Below are positions 13,575 to 26,700 of a stretch of 64,000 bases of DNA, piece by piece (the first letter of the stretch is position 1; each line of letters opens with the position of its first letter). The notes beneath the pieces were generated by a model. It saw only the letters and a list, made by a program, of their open reading frames with translations. It made no database searches and was not told the DNA's origin. Origin of the DNA: Octopus vulgaris (taxonomy: Eukaryota). The stretch spans positions 70,618,001 through 70,682,000 of the forward strand of contig OX597818.1 of NCBI GenBank assembly GCA_951406725.2, written 5' to 3'. Position numbers and translations under genes: made by a program.

Positions 13575-14712
13575 AAAATCTAATTTGCTATGAGAAACTC
13601 TTCAACTTTTAGATCAACAAATTTCTTTCTCTCTATCTTTCACCATCAGGCTCTCTCTGTTTTACACCCTCTCTCTATATATATTTACCACACTCTCTCT
13701 CACTCTCTATAAATGTATATCACTACCACTGTGTGTATGTGTGTGTGTGCCTGTCTGCGTGTAAGGAATCTCATTAGAGCAAGAAAGTGATCTAAAATAG
13801 GTATGTAAAAGCTAATTTATTTTAATAACATATATTTCTATTGGTAAATATAATTTTTGTACACGCACACACATCCATACACATGCACATGTGGACATGC
13901 TTGGTGTGGGGTGGGGTTTAAAAATTTAAATTAGAAATGTTTACCTTTTTTTGCTTAAACCTCAGCAGTGGACCACTGCATTGTCATTCCATAAAATGTG
14001 TTTGTTGGGGAGAAAAATATTGAAAAAATTTAATACATGTCAGGGTCACAAAGAAACAAGTAAGGTGTTAGGTGATCATGGCATGTGCTAGAAACAATAG
14101 CTTAATCTTCCTTAAATCACATGCCATTTTGTCTGAAAATTGTTTTGAAATTATTAGCAGAAAAATGGCAGATTTGAACTATTTGTATTTTAAAACTATG
14201 ATTAAAAACAATTTTGAAAAAAGCCAAAAGTTTAGAATTAATGGGGATGGTGGGGTTAATGTAAAAATTAAAACAAATTTCACTCTTGTTATAAATTACA
14301 TTTCATTTTCTGTTTGAAAATAATGGAAGTGGGTACTGTAATGGTGATTGCTAATTTTCAAAATATGTTTTTTGCTGACTTTCAGGGCTTCTCCCATAGT
14401 TTTTAAGTGTGTAGCAAAAATCAATTCTGAGAAAGGGAGAGTGGTTTGAGACAATTCATAAATTTGCTTTTTTTTGTTTTTTTACCAAAACAGCATCTCG
14501 TATTGCTTTTAGGTGTATAGACCCTGCCAAAAAGAAAACAAAATCGGTCTTGACGAAGTGGCAGGGAGAATTCATAAATTTCCCAACTTTTTTCATAAAA
14601 AACTTCCCCACCATCATTTCCAAGGGTGTGGTGAAAAAAAAAATTGAAAATCCCCATCAAAACAGAGAAAATTAGCTGGAAACAACGGATTCCTCAGTAT
14701 ATTATACAAAGA
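13575..14712 (-). mobile_element. Possible non-autonomous Helitron-like element
   Basis: Minus strand begins TCTTTGTATAATATACTGAGGAATCCG, like a Helitron 5' TC end; no 3' end or second copy seen. Confidence 0.25.
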
Positions 14713-15172
14713 ACACAAAAGGGGTTTAAAATTTACCTTTAAACCCCTTTTCTGTTCTTATACTTACACCACAGAAGCAACGATGACTCACAACTACAGT
14801 TTAAATTGGATTTGATATTTACGTACCTACATATCTGCAGGATACTATGATACCTCATGGTTGTTTTACCTCTCTGTGAACCCTATGTTATGGTATCTAG
14901 CCAGTTCTGGCATTCTACATGTTGGTGCCCCTAGATTCTAATGAATCCTACGATATATACATGGCTATCAGACAATGAGAATGAGTGCTCAACACCACAT
15001 TGGGGAATAAAATTTCTTTGTTTGTGAATTAAGGCTGGAGAAATGGTGTTCAGCTCCATTTTGCTTTCATCCAAAATAGAGACAAACTCCATCCCCTCCA
15101 GGTGATTGGCTTGAAAAATTATTAAGGTATTAAGATATCTTTCTTAACATGAAACCAATGGTAACCTTGATG

Positions 15173-15276
<104 letters not shown>

Positions 15277-15896
15277 TGATGAGTATAATAGTGAGGGTTG
15301 GCAGAATCAGCAAGTTGAACGAAACTTACCATGTGGTATTCGGTTCTGCCTGGGTTTCATTCCTTGACCTCCATGTCAACTTTGACTTTCTCCCTTACAA
15401 GGTCATTGAAATCATTCACAGTCACTAGAGTGGTATTAATATAATCAACTTAAGCCCTTAAATGTTGTGCTCCAGTATGGCCATTGTCCCATAAGAAACC
15501 AGTTAAGCATTAAAAGAAGACGCATTCTATCCACTGCTCAGTTGTTGAAGGCAAAAATCACGTTCAGTTAATGTTTTATAGAAAAAAATCATACAGTAAA
15601 GTCTGTGAGCAGTGCTCCAGCTAGGTCTTGCTCATGGTGACTAAAACAAACTAAAGTTAAACAGTATTCTGATTTAATGCTATGAACCAACTAATTAAAA
15701 GAGTCAGAATACTAATATCTGTGTCAGCCACCCATGGTATGACACTAATGTCAGCAAGATATAAAGAGGAACTTCACGTCCAGTCATAAAACCAAATGAG
15801 GAAATACAATTAAAAAAATTACCTTACAACAGAGAATTGCACATCTTCTACTCAATCAGCATTGCCATGGTACCATTTTAGAAATTAATAAATTAA

Positions 15897-16119
15897 CTCT
15901 TTTGATGCCAACTTGCCTGAGCTCCCCTCATCAACATCCTGGTTCTATGATACAAATTTCCTGTTTTAAAGGGATTTAAATTAAAACCTTCCATCAAAAT
16001 TTCTTGTTAATTTGTTCCAAAATCCCAGCTTAATAATAACAAAGTTACTTTACGAAATTCTTCGATATTTTTGAAATGTATCGAAATGAAATTTCAACAG
16101 AAATATGGCAACAAAAAGG
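15897..16119 (+). mobile_element. TTAA-flanked MITE (piggyBac-like), family 1
   Basis: TTAA|CTCTTTTGATGCCA ... TGGCAACAAAAAGG|TTAA; relatives at 58688-58845(+), about 60560-60735(-) and 63091-63281(-). Confidence 0.75.
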
Positions 16120-17324
16120 TTAAAGTGATCTTCGATGACCAAGTGGTGAAGAAGTTTCCTTCCCAATCATGGGAATCCAGATTTATTGCCATTCTGGAGC
16201 ACCTTGAGAAAGTCTTCTCTACCATAAATTCAGTTTCACTCAAACTCTGAAATTGTTTAATATTACTTTTGTTGAGCATCAGACAGAGGACTAAGGGCGA
16301 TCCATTATTGAAGACATTAGAACCATGACCACCCAGTCTTTTATTTCCTCCACACATAATGTCTCTAGAGTTACATTATCCTGTGTCTTTTTCCTTTTCC
16401 CTTTTTAAATGACAATATTGCATAACATAAGGAGAATTTGGTTCCTATTTCCAGCAGATCAAGCACCCACATTGAATCCCTCAAACAGAACTTCTTCAGA
16501 AACACTGTAACTGTTCTTAGATATTAGACTTAATCCATCTGACTTTGGGTGTCTTTAACAAGAAGCATTAGAGACTAGCTTTCTAGTGTTAGGATAATCC
16601 ATCTGGGTGAGATTTCCCTCTTTCCCCAACCTTGCCAGTTTTTAAGGGCCTGGGAAAAATCGTGCAGGCTGGTCTTCTTTCCCCCATAACATCAAATAGT
16701 TTTTCTTTTTTTATTGGTGTGTTTTGGGAGGGTCATATTGTTAATTATAATACATGTACAAATTTGTTTCACTTCAGTTTTAATACCAAGCAATTAGATA
16801 ATGGGTTGATTGATTAATTAATTAGTCTGCAAAAGTCCTTTCGTCATAGTCTGTGACCTTAAAATCTCTCTCTCTCTCTCACACACACACATACACACAC
16901 ATACACACACACACACACACACAACTTATTGCATCTTCGGAGTTCTTGCCACAATTCTTGTTTCAAAATGTTCAATTAAAAGACAAAAAGATATTTCTGT
17001 AAACTATATTTCCTATAATAATCTGGATATTTAGTACTGATGTCTATTAATATTTAGTATTAGTAACCTAGTATTTAGTATAAGTGGTATCTAAATCTAA
17101 ATCTAATACATACAGCAAATGGAAGGCAAGTCGTGTTTAAGTTTAATTGCATCAAGTTGAAAATTTTACAAACTCTGTGGAACAAATGATTCCATTGTTG
17201 TTAGCTCTCAACTTCTTGACAACTAATTCCTTTAAGACTTCCTCTTATGGTTTCAGAATTCTGTTTTGAAATATGCTACACTACATTAATAAAATTAAAT
17301 CTCCACATGATAACAACAATGATA

Positions 17325-17381
<57 letters not shown>

Positions 17382-17433
17382 TATAAGAAGAAGAAGAAGA
17401 AGAAGAAGAATAGCAACAATAATAATAGCAATA

Positions 17434-17866
17434 GTGTGATCCCCCAACCAGAAATTGGAAACTGGACATTGTTGTGGTGAATAAAAAAGAAAGAACAAGT
17501 ATGATAATTGACATAGCATTTCCCGAACACAACAAGATCAATGGGAAAGAAAAAGAAAACATAAACAACTGTGATGATTTGAAGCAGGAAATACGAAGGT
17601 TGTGGTCAATGAAGAGAGTAGATGTGATAGCAATAGTGATTGGTGCAGTTGGAAGTATCAGCACTCGACTAACAACATGGCTGAAAAAGATTGATACAAG
17701 TGTGAAGGTAGAACACCTACAAAAATCTGCCTTGCTTGGAACTGCAAGAATTCTTTGCAGGGTTCATGGAGTATGACCAGTAAACAAGTCTTGCCTTAGT
17801 CTGCTGGCTGTGGAGAGCAGACACTTTCCATTATACCCAGCAAAATGAGCTGAGAGTTTTCATCAC

Positions 17867-17867
<1 letters not shown>
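17434..17867 (+). mobile_element. R4/Dong-type LINE 3' fragment (restriction-like endonuclease end plus UTR)
   Basis: DIVVVNKKERTSMIIDIAFP...KE...LQKSALLGTARIL; flanked by (TAA)n on both sides. Confidence 0.85.
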
Positions 17868-17914
<47 letters not shown>

Positions 17915-17915
<1 letters not shown>

Positions 17916-18503
17916 CTTGGTGTACTAGAGTGCAACAAAATAATGGAAAAGGAAATGAAAGAGCATTTGTTGGAAATCATGGCCAACAAAGATCAAAGAT
18001 ATGGTATGAGCAAACCCCAGGAGTCACCAAAAATGAGAAGTGCAAAATCCTGTGGGATGTAATGATCCGGTATGATCACGTGACCAGACATAGGAAACTG
18101 GACATTGTTGAAGTGAATAAAAAAGAAAAAACAAGTATGATAATTGACATAGCATTTCCCGAACACAACAAGATCAATGGGAAAGAAGAAAAAAATAAAC
18201 AACTTTGATGATTTAAAAATAAACAATTACAAAGGTTTTTGTTGATGAAGAGAGCAGAGATAATACAAATAGTAATTGGTGTACTTTGGAAGCATCAGCA
18301 CTCAGCTACCAGTATGGTTGAAAATGTTAAGTGAAAGTGTGAAGGTAGAACACCTACAAAACTCAGCATTGCTTGGAACTGCAAGAATTCTTTGCAGGGT
18401 TCTTGAAGCATGACCAGTAAAACAAGTCTTGCCTTAGTCTGCTGGCTGTGGAGAGCAGACACTTTCCATTATACCCAGCAAAATAAGCTGAGAGTTTCCA
18501 TAA
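17915..18503 (+). mobile_element. Second head-to-tail R4/Dong-type copy of the same family
   Basis: WYEQTP...ENEKCKILWD-like, HRKLDIV...IIDIAFP; same 3' UTR as the preceding copy. Confidence 0.85.
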
Positions 18504-18516
18504 AACAACAACAATG

Positions 18517-18940
18517 ATATTCTGCTCAATACCACAGATTTGCTTGTCAGTTGTTTGACCCTAACCAGTTAAGCATGCCCCTTAGTGGCTGACGATATGT
18601 GTATCTCTGATCATGAGCAGAAGTCATGATGGAGTATCATAGCCATGTGTTGAAAGGAATTCTTTGGGGTTTGAATAATTCACCTCTGGAAACATGGGTT
18701 TTTCGTTCATCATCCTTAAACAAACCTTATTCAGGATGGGCTTCTTGATCTGAAAAAAAGTTCTAACTGGACCCCACCTGTAAAGTCATGCTCTGTTTAT
18801 CTTGATATAAGATCACCATGTTGTGTGCATAAGGTTATGATGTATGTGCAACAATGGGTAGTCATGACGGGTATACTGGGCTCTGTATATTTGTACCCCA
18901 GTATCACTTTGATGACATGCACTGCTCTCTCACTCAATAA
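18517..18940 (+). mobile_element. About 420-bp dispersed repeat ending at CAATAA, probable 3' UTR of another TAA-associated LINE
   Basis: Alignable to 41090-41530; both copies abut (TAA/CAA)n tracts. Confidence 0.65.
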
Positions 18941-19237
18941 TTGTTTCTGATTCGTTCAGAAGGCCAACAAATTAGAGGGGAAAGCTTAGTGAATCTCATC
19001 AACCCCAAAACCAGGCTGCTTCCTTATTAACCACAGAGGCATGAAAAGCAAAGCTGACCTCAGCACAATTTGAACTTTTAATGTAATGAGCTGAATCAAA
19101 TGTTTCCGGGTATTTTGTCCAGCAGTTAAGCAATTGTTCCAAATGGTAACATTGTTTTCTAATTTAGGCAGAAAGCAAGCAATTATGAATATTTTTGCTC
19201 AATCTCTAATGACTCTCTAAAATGATTAGCACAACAA

Positions 19238-19440
19238 GCTTGCTGAACCATTAGCAGCTTGGACAAAATGCTTAGGGACATTTCAACCATCTACATTCTG
19301 AGTTCAAATTCAGCCAAAGTAAACTTTGTCTTTCATCCTTTCAGGGCCAAGAAAATAAGTACAACCAGTTGAACACTGGGGTTAATGTCATTGACTTACA
19401 CCCTCCCCCAAAATTGCTGGCACTGTGCCCAAATTTGAAA
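19238..19440 (+). mobile_element. Family A (Nin-like) SINE; inverted partner at about 18950-19140(-)
   Basis: GAGTTCAAATTC then CTTTCATCCTTTCAGGG...AAATAAGTACAACCAG. Confidence 0.7.
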
Positions 19441-20039
19441 CTTGTTGTTGTTGTTTGTTTGGCAGACCAAGTCTGTGATATTCTTAGCTTTGCCTTTATT
19501 GCTTCATTATTTCGGCAGCAGTCTCTTCTCAGATTTCAACCTCTTCAAATGATTGAAAATAACTTAGCAAAAGCACAACACCTCACCACCTTTTCTTTCT
19601 CATTCTTCACTGATTGCAATTCACTCAAAGACGGTCTTCCTTCATTCCAGCCAAACCTGAATCTATCCATCAGACTCTTGTTACACAACTTGGCGCCTCA
19701 TTTCTCACGGCTGCACTTTCACTGGCCGTACAATACAAGGAATGTCAAACAGACAGCAACAACAACCACAACAACATCTGACTTACTTTCGTACATACCA
19801 AGAATGTTTGCAGTTAGAGTTACCTTTTATTTACTTATTTAGCTGTCGTTATGATGGTGGTGGTGTTGGTGGGATTTATGGTGATGGTGGTTGTGGTGGA
19901 ATTGATAATGCTGTTGGTGGTGATGGGGTGGTGGTGGTGGTGGCAGTTGTTTCAGTCATCATTTTTATCATCATCGTTGTTGTAATCCTTATCTGTTCCC
20001 TCCTCCATCTCATAATTTTATCATCATCATCCTCACTGC

Positions 20040-20400
20040 TATCATCATCATCATTATCATGAATACTGTCATCATCTTTCTTATTGCTCCTCCTCCTCCT
20101 CATCATCATCATCATCATCCTCATCATTCCCTTTTCTTCCTCAGCTCAACATCATCATCATCATCATGAATACTGTCATCATCTTTCTTATTGCTCCTCC
20201 TCCTCCTCATCATCATCATCATCATCCTCATCATTCCCTTTTCTTCATCAGCTCAACATCATCATCATCATCATGAATACTGTCATCATCATCATCTTCC
20301 GTATTGCTCTTCCTCCTCTTTCTCCTCCTCATCATCGTCTTCCTCATCATTCCCTTTTCTTCATCAGCTCAACATCATCATCATCATCATCACCAGCAGC
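20040..20400. repeat. 107-bp-period tandem repeat built from CAT/CCT triplets, about 3 units
   Basis: GAATACTGTCATCATC recurs at 20061, 20168 and 20275. Confidence 0.9.
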
Positions 20401-20588
20401 AGCAGCAGTCTAATTGCTCTTATAATTTTCTTTCTACTTTTTCTTTTTTTTTTTTTGGTTTTGTTATCATTGCTACCACTTTTGCTGATATTGGTAATTT
20501 GGATGATGCTAATGATGATGATGATGGTAATGACAATCAGAGTGGAGATGATGATGATGATGATATGTAATTAAATAAATAGATGCTT

Positions 20589-20631
<43 letters not shown>

Positions 20632-22823
20632 AGAAAGAAGCTGGTGCTTCATGATGAGGAGGCCTTACATGTGTGTATTGTAGTCTTGCAGCTACTTCTA
20701 AAATTATCTTTCTTCTTCTTCTAATTGACTAATGTCTCAGGAATTCCCACTGAAACAACATTGGACAGGAACCTCGAAATACTTCTCGCAGCAAAACATA
20801 AATATATATATGAAGAAGTTCATCTGCACATGTGTGTGTATCTGTGTGTGTATGCATGTATATACGTGCATATATACACACACACACACACACACATACA
20901 CACACACACATACACACACACATTTATGGCAGACAGAAACTGCAGGACGCCAATCATATACATGTGTTCCTCTCTCAATTGAACAGCTGTCTCACAGACT
21001 TTGGACTCCTCTCCATTAAATTATTCTACTCCAGCTAATTTAATTATGATTTCTCTGGTCAAAAGGGACGTACCTTTAGTTTTCTTTCCTTTCCTTTCTA
21101 TTTCCATTTTTATCCACCCTTTCTTTTCTCATTCCACTTTTTGGATCAACCTCCTTCTTCTTTCTTCTCATGGTTTCTCATGTACCAGTGACCTGTTTTT
21201 TAAGTATAACAAACCATGTGCCCAGAACCCAAAGATTGCTTGGAGAACAAAGTATATTATCAAAATCTGCCAACCACGTGTCTCTATCATAAGAAACCAT
21301 TTGTTGCTCTTATTTTAACGCAGTGTACATAAAATGATATTCATCTCTCACTGGAGGGAGTACTTTCTTGGGGATCTTACCATTTACAAACATACACACA
21401 CATATATGTATACACACACATAAACATACACGCATATGTTTGCTTCTCAGTTTTGTGGTTTGGGGATCAGTCCCACCTTAGGCAAGTGTCTTCAGCTGAA
21501 ACCCTTAAATGACCAATGCCTTGTAAGGGAATTTGGTTGGCAGAAACTGCAGGATGTCCCTCAAATATCTTCCTACATCATCATCATCCAGTGTTTTAAA
21601 TCCAGGTTTTGTCCCCATTAATGGGGAGAGGGCTGGATCTACTGCAATGCCATAGCAACCAATGTAGGCAGATGCAGCCCATCCCAACCTTTGGGCTGGC
21701 TGGTGCCCATTCTCCCTTGCTGTCATGAGGCTTTTTCGGAGCTGCATTTTCTACAGGGAGTGTGCCCTTGCTTACCCCCAACCTCAGTTTCTAGACATGT
21801 GTGGTCCCATGACCAAGGCCTCTACTGGTTTCAATCATTAGAATGGAGTGGATTCCACTTTCAAGGGATTGGGTGGGTGCTCATTGCTAGCCCCCACCAT
21901 TTCGGTCAGAAACTCTTTTTATAGAAACCTAAACTGATCAAATTGCTAAGTTTAGGTTTTTTGGTACAATTCTTAATTTTCACCACTAAACACACACACA
22001 CATGGACAGAGATATGTGCACATGCATGCACACATGCTCACATACACACATGCTCACATACACACATGTGTATACACGTATACAGCATGGCCACTGCCTT
22101 GGGGCTGGAACATGTTAAAGCATAAAACATTATATATATTTACGTATTTACATGCATGCATGACTTTGAGGCAGAAAATCCTGCTTTGCAACCCTGTTGT
22201 TTTGAGTTCAGTCCTACTGTGTAGCACCTAGGACAAATGTCTTCTACTATGGCCCCAGACTGACCCAAAAACCTTATGAGTGATATTGGTTGATGGAAAC
22301 TGACAGAAGGCCTTTGCATGTGTCTATGTGTATCTCACATGAAAGACGGAGAAGGGTTCGTGACAAGAAGAGCATCTGACTGCAAGACAATGCTTCAACA
22401 ATATGTATTCCTCTAACTCATGTTAACATATTAAAAACAGACATGAAACAGGCTTCAGCACAGTTTTTGTATACCAAAATGCATCTTCAAATTATTTCAG
22501 GTCAATATAAATCTTCTCTGTCAGTTATCTGTCCTCGACATTACACAGAGGAATTCACTCCAGACTGATGCAATTATAAAATGAACACCAAAAGCACACT
22601 GCTACGGCTGTATTGATAATTCATATTTTCTGTTTAATCTGGCAGAGTTCTGCTGTTATATCGTACACTCATACACAGGTATACACAGACACACAAGCAT
22701 TCTTTTTTCTCCCTCCCTCCCTCCCCCTCTCTCTCTCTATCTCCCTGTCTATCTATCTATCTTATCCATTACTTGTCTCATCATAGTCTTTTTCCAGCCT
22801 AACTCTTTCTTTTTCTCTCTTTC

Positions 22824-22913
<90 letters not shown>

Positions 22914-23176
22914 GTTCTCATCATTTTCTTTGTTGGTCATCACATCAAAAAGAAGTAATATTTTAAGGAATCAAAATTCAAGGATATCCTTTCGTGGAAT
23001 TAAAGTTGGTTTCCTTAGCAACCAGCTGCCGAATATAAACTGAGTATTATCATCAACAATGACGTACACTGGATAACATAACACATGTATGTCTCTGTGT
23101 GTGTGTATACATACAAACATACATACATACATACATACGTACATACATACATCCATCCATACATACATACATACAT

Positions 23177-23240
<64 letters not shown>

Positions 23241-23243
<3 letters not shown>

Positions 23244-23620
23244 AAATTGTTGGATCAGGTGATGAAAGTTACAGAGAGGGTCATAGCTCAACTAATTAGG
23301 GAGAGAGTCAGTTTAGATTAGATGCAGTTTGGTTTTATGCTTGGGAAAAGCACCAATGATGCTATATTTCTGGTAAGTCAGCTGCAGGAGAAATACATAA
23401 CCGTGCTTGGCCTTTGTTGACTTGGAGAAAGCCTTTGACAGGGTCCCCCAATCCCTTATCTGGTGGTCAATGTGAAAACTAGGGATAGATGAGTGGTTGA
23501 TGAGAGCTGTACAAGCTATATACAGGGATGCTGTCAGTAAGGTGAGGATTGGCAATGAGTACAGCGAAGAATTCAGTGTGCAGGTAGGAATTCAGCAAGG
23601 ATAGGTGCTCAAGCCCCTTT
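23241..23620 (+). mobile_element. Internal RT fragment of the RTE family at 1-1735
   Basis: IKLLDQVMKVTERVIAQLIRERV, QFGF, AFVDLEKAFDRVP; second half matches bases 1-190. Confidence 0.9.
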
Positions 23621-23770
23621 TTATGTTTTAAACTAATATAACATTTGTTACTTGTTCCTTACTATGTTGTCTTTCTCTTTTTGTTAATTGACTCTTTTGT
23701 CTCTCTCTCTTTCCTGAGTATAACTGAGTATATGCACATGCACACATATATTATATATATATATATATAT

Positions 23771-23980
23771 CAGAATAAGCACATAAATGTGAAACAAGGT
23801 GGAGAAAATAAGACTTGAATACTGGGGTAGAGTAATATGCTTTATTAATAAAGCTGCAAAGACGTTACAAAAACTGTTACTCAGAGTTTCACGTTCTCAT
23901 TCATCAGACAGTTTTGATGACCAGGAACGTAAAACTCTGAGTAACAGTTTTTGTGATGTCTTTGCAGCTTTATTAATAAA
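23771..23980. mobile_element. Penelope-like foldback terminus: about 70-bp extension plus 140-bp inverted repeat (23841-23980)
   Basis: Arms TTTATTAATAAAGCTGCAAAGAC...CTCAGAGTTT and AAACTCTGAG...GTCTTTGCAGCTTTATTAATAAA; embedded in TA-rich microsatellite; sister copy at 55314-55497. Confidence 0.7.
23870..23915 (-). ncRNA. Type I minimal hammerhead ribozyme motif
   Basis: Minus strand reads AAAACUGU-CUGAUGA-AUG(AGAA)CGU-GAAA-CUCUGAG-UA^ACAGUUUU: 8-bp helix I, intact core, 3-bp helix II, near-palindromic helix III, GUA cleavage triplet. Confidence 0.8.
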
Positions 23981-24051
23981 ATGTATATATATGTATATAT
24001 ATACACATACATACATGCATGAATACATACATACATACATACATACATACA

Positions 24052-24083
<32 letters not shown>

Positions 24084-24838
24084 CATATACATATACATAT
24101 ATACACATATATATACATACATATGTGTGTGTAATTATTTCTCATTAAATGCAACGCCATTTTTGTTTACTCACAAACATGAAATAAGATTTAAATATCA
24201 GATTGAAATATTTCAAGAATTTATATTTAAGACATAGAAAATAAAAATAATAATAAATAATTAATAAATAAAGAAATAGTTTTCTAATTAATTTATCTAC
24301 TTCTTAATTTTGTGTTTTTGGTTGAACATTAAATCACTGCAAGTTTGGAAGAATTCCGTGCAAGATGTCATAATTACTATTTTTATTCCATACAGATGAT
24401 ATATCTTATCTCAAATTTACAAAATAAAAATATTCCCCCAAAGTTTTTACTAAACACACTGCTGATAATTCCAGTTATCAATCTCAGAATTCCAGTTATC
24501 AATCTTGGAACACATCGATGGCCTCAATGACCATAATTAATTGCATTGTTAACTGGCTGTCAAATATGTCACCTTCCTGTCTTTAATAATTTATACAAGC
24601 ACAATATTATTAGAAATTAATAGATTGAAAACACACAATTTTGGCTACTCTTTTGGTTAAATTTATCATCAGAGGTCCACCAACACATACACACACATAT
24701 ACACATCTACTTGAAATACAAGCTTTTCTTAATTCATTATTTATGTTTCTGCTAACGAAGCTCCCATAATTAACAGAATTAGACTCAATCAATTTCTAAA
24801 ATATATTGTTCTGTTTTACTAGAGCTATTCCTCTAAAT

Positions 24839-25746
24839 CAGTATTTCTCAGCTTTTTTACCCTTGCATAACCCTTACAATAAATTACATGTCTCAAGGAA
24901 CCCCTGCACAAAAAAATTATATACCATATCTTTCTCATATATTTTCAGCATAGTCCACATGGTATGTATATATGTATATATATATATATAAACTTTTCAT
25001 ATCAGACTGGTTCTCTTCAGTTGAATCTACCATTGACAACGAAATTTTAAAATACCCACCACATCTCTGCCTGTTTACTCGGCTGAAATCCCCAGTCAAA
25101 ACCAGAACCAAAATCAGTGAAAAGATATGCAAGAAACAAATATTATTAAAAATATTATTACTCTCCAGCAAAAATAAAGCACCATGAAGGTAGAATTATA
25201 AATGTATAAAATAGGTGTACACAAAGTACACTTATTGCTAGAAATAGCAGCTGGTAAGCTATTGGCACTATGTAGAGCTTCACTGAATGTTTACATGCAG
25301 AGATGTTTGTGGATAGTGAATCCTGGAAAAGTCTGTCATTCCTCTACAGAGGCTGTTGGAGGAATGAAGGATAATTCAATCCTGCAGTTTCAAACTTTCC
25401 AGATCACGTGTGTCAGCACAAATCCATTTGGTTCTCTCAAACTGAATCTACCACTGACAATGAAATTTGCATATATGTTTACGGTTTTCATGTTCCTTTA
25501 CACCTTATATCTTATTTTTATTATCTTTTATTAGTTTTATATTTTGAATTTTTAATATAAACACATTTCCCATCCAAGTCTTATCAATCACTGTGAGCAC
25601 AATTTCATTTTCGGATGTAAAGTACTGACAACTGGAATTTACATCTTCTACAAATTTTTATTACTCCTTAGCTCATAAACGAGCACAAAAACAAAAACAG
25701 CTGTACTATACACGGAGTATTGTCTCCATTAAAAATTATCTTTTAT

Positions 25747-25779
<33 letters not shown>

Positions 25780-25850
25780 AGCCCTCAGTCAAAATTGTCC
25801 AACCCATGCTAGCATGGAAAGCAGACGTTAAACGATGATGATAATGATGA

Positions 25851-25906
<56 letters not shown>

Positions 25907-26448
25907 CCGTTCTGTCTGTCTGTGTGTGTGTCTTCTAGGATCTCGGGCATCCTCCATCCGATGACGCTTAAATTTGATATGTAGATACCAATGGTATCAG
26001 GGCATGTATAAATCTTGAAAAAAATTACAAAACTCGATTCCAGGTGAGAATGCGATCGATAAAGCTGTTTTTGTCCTGGTTTTCTTCCGTCAACCTGTAC
26101 ATAACTGCACCTTCCATTTTTTGTTGTCTTTGTACTGCTTAAAGGCACGTTTCTTTTCTGCCAAGCTTACTATTTAAACCATGTTTGTGTTCTCCCAGTC
26201 AACAGCTTTATCATTACTGGTACTTTAAACTCTTCGGTTGCATATTTGTGTGAATAAAATTTTTTTTCTATTTCTTTGGAATAGAAAAAAATCTTTATTT
26301 CTTCTTTTGCTGGTGTTTCAAATTTGGGTTATATCAGTGTGTTTCTCAAAGGGGAGGCCTATGGGATGGTCGGACAAGTTATTCTGAGAAAATTTGGTTT
26401 AAATGTTTGACAACTCAGCACCGTCCATTGGACAGGGGGTGTTTTGCT

Positions 26449-26488
<40 letters not shown>

Positions 26489-26700
26489 GTCCAAACCCAA
26501 TGGTTGTTATATTCTTTTGATAACATAATTGGTTAGATTGGATGATGTCTATATTACAATATTACAATGATATGTTGTGCATGTATAGTAATATTATGAT
26601 CATAAAATTAGCATTAGTTTATCTCACTCTTTCTCGCAGAAACCCTAGGAACCTCTTGTGGAACCATAAGATTCGAGGGAACCCTGGTCAAAAAATGCTG
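24839..26700. mobile_element. Non-autonomous hAT (Charlie-like) element with nested insertions
   Basis: Perfect 8-bp TSD CTCTAAAT at 24831-24838 and 26701-26708; termini CAGTATTTCTCA and TCAAAAAATGCTG; subterminal GGAACCC motifs at both ends. Confidence 0.82.
25899..26451 (+). mobile_element. Non-autonomous Helitron-like element in (TA)n
   Basis: 5' ATAAAATCCGTTCTGTCTGTCTGTGTG resembles the 5' end of the 57.6-kb Helitron; 3' hairpin GTCCATTGGAC then ...GCTTG|T. Confidence 0.6.

Noticed and set aside
19369-19842. 157-aa ORF
   Set aside because: Starts inside a SINE at a non-ATG codon and has no recognisable domain.
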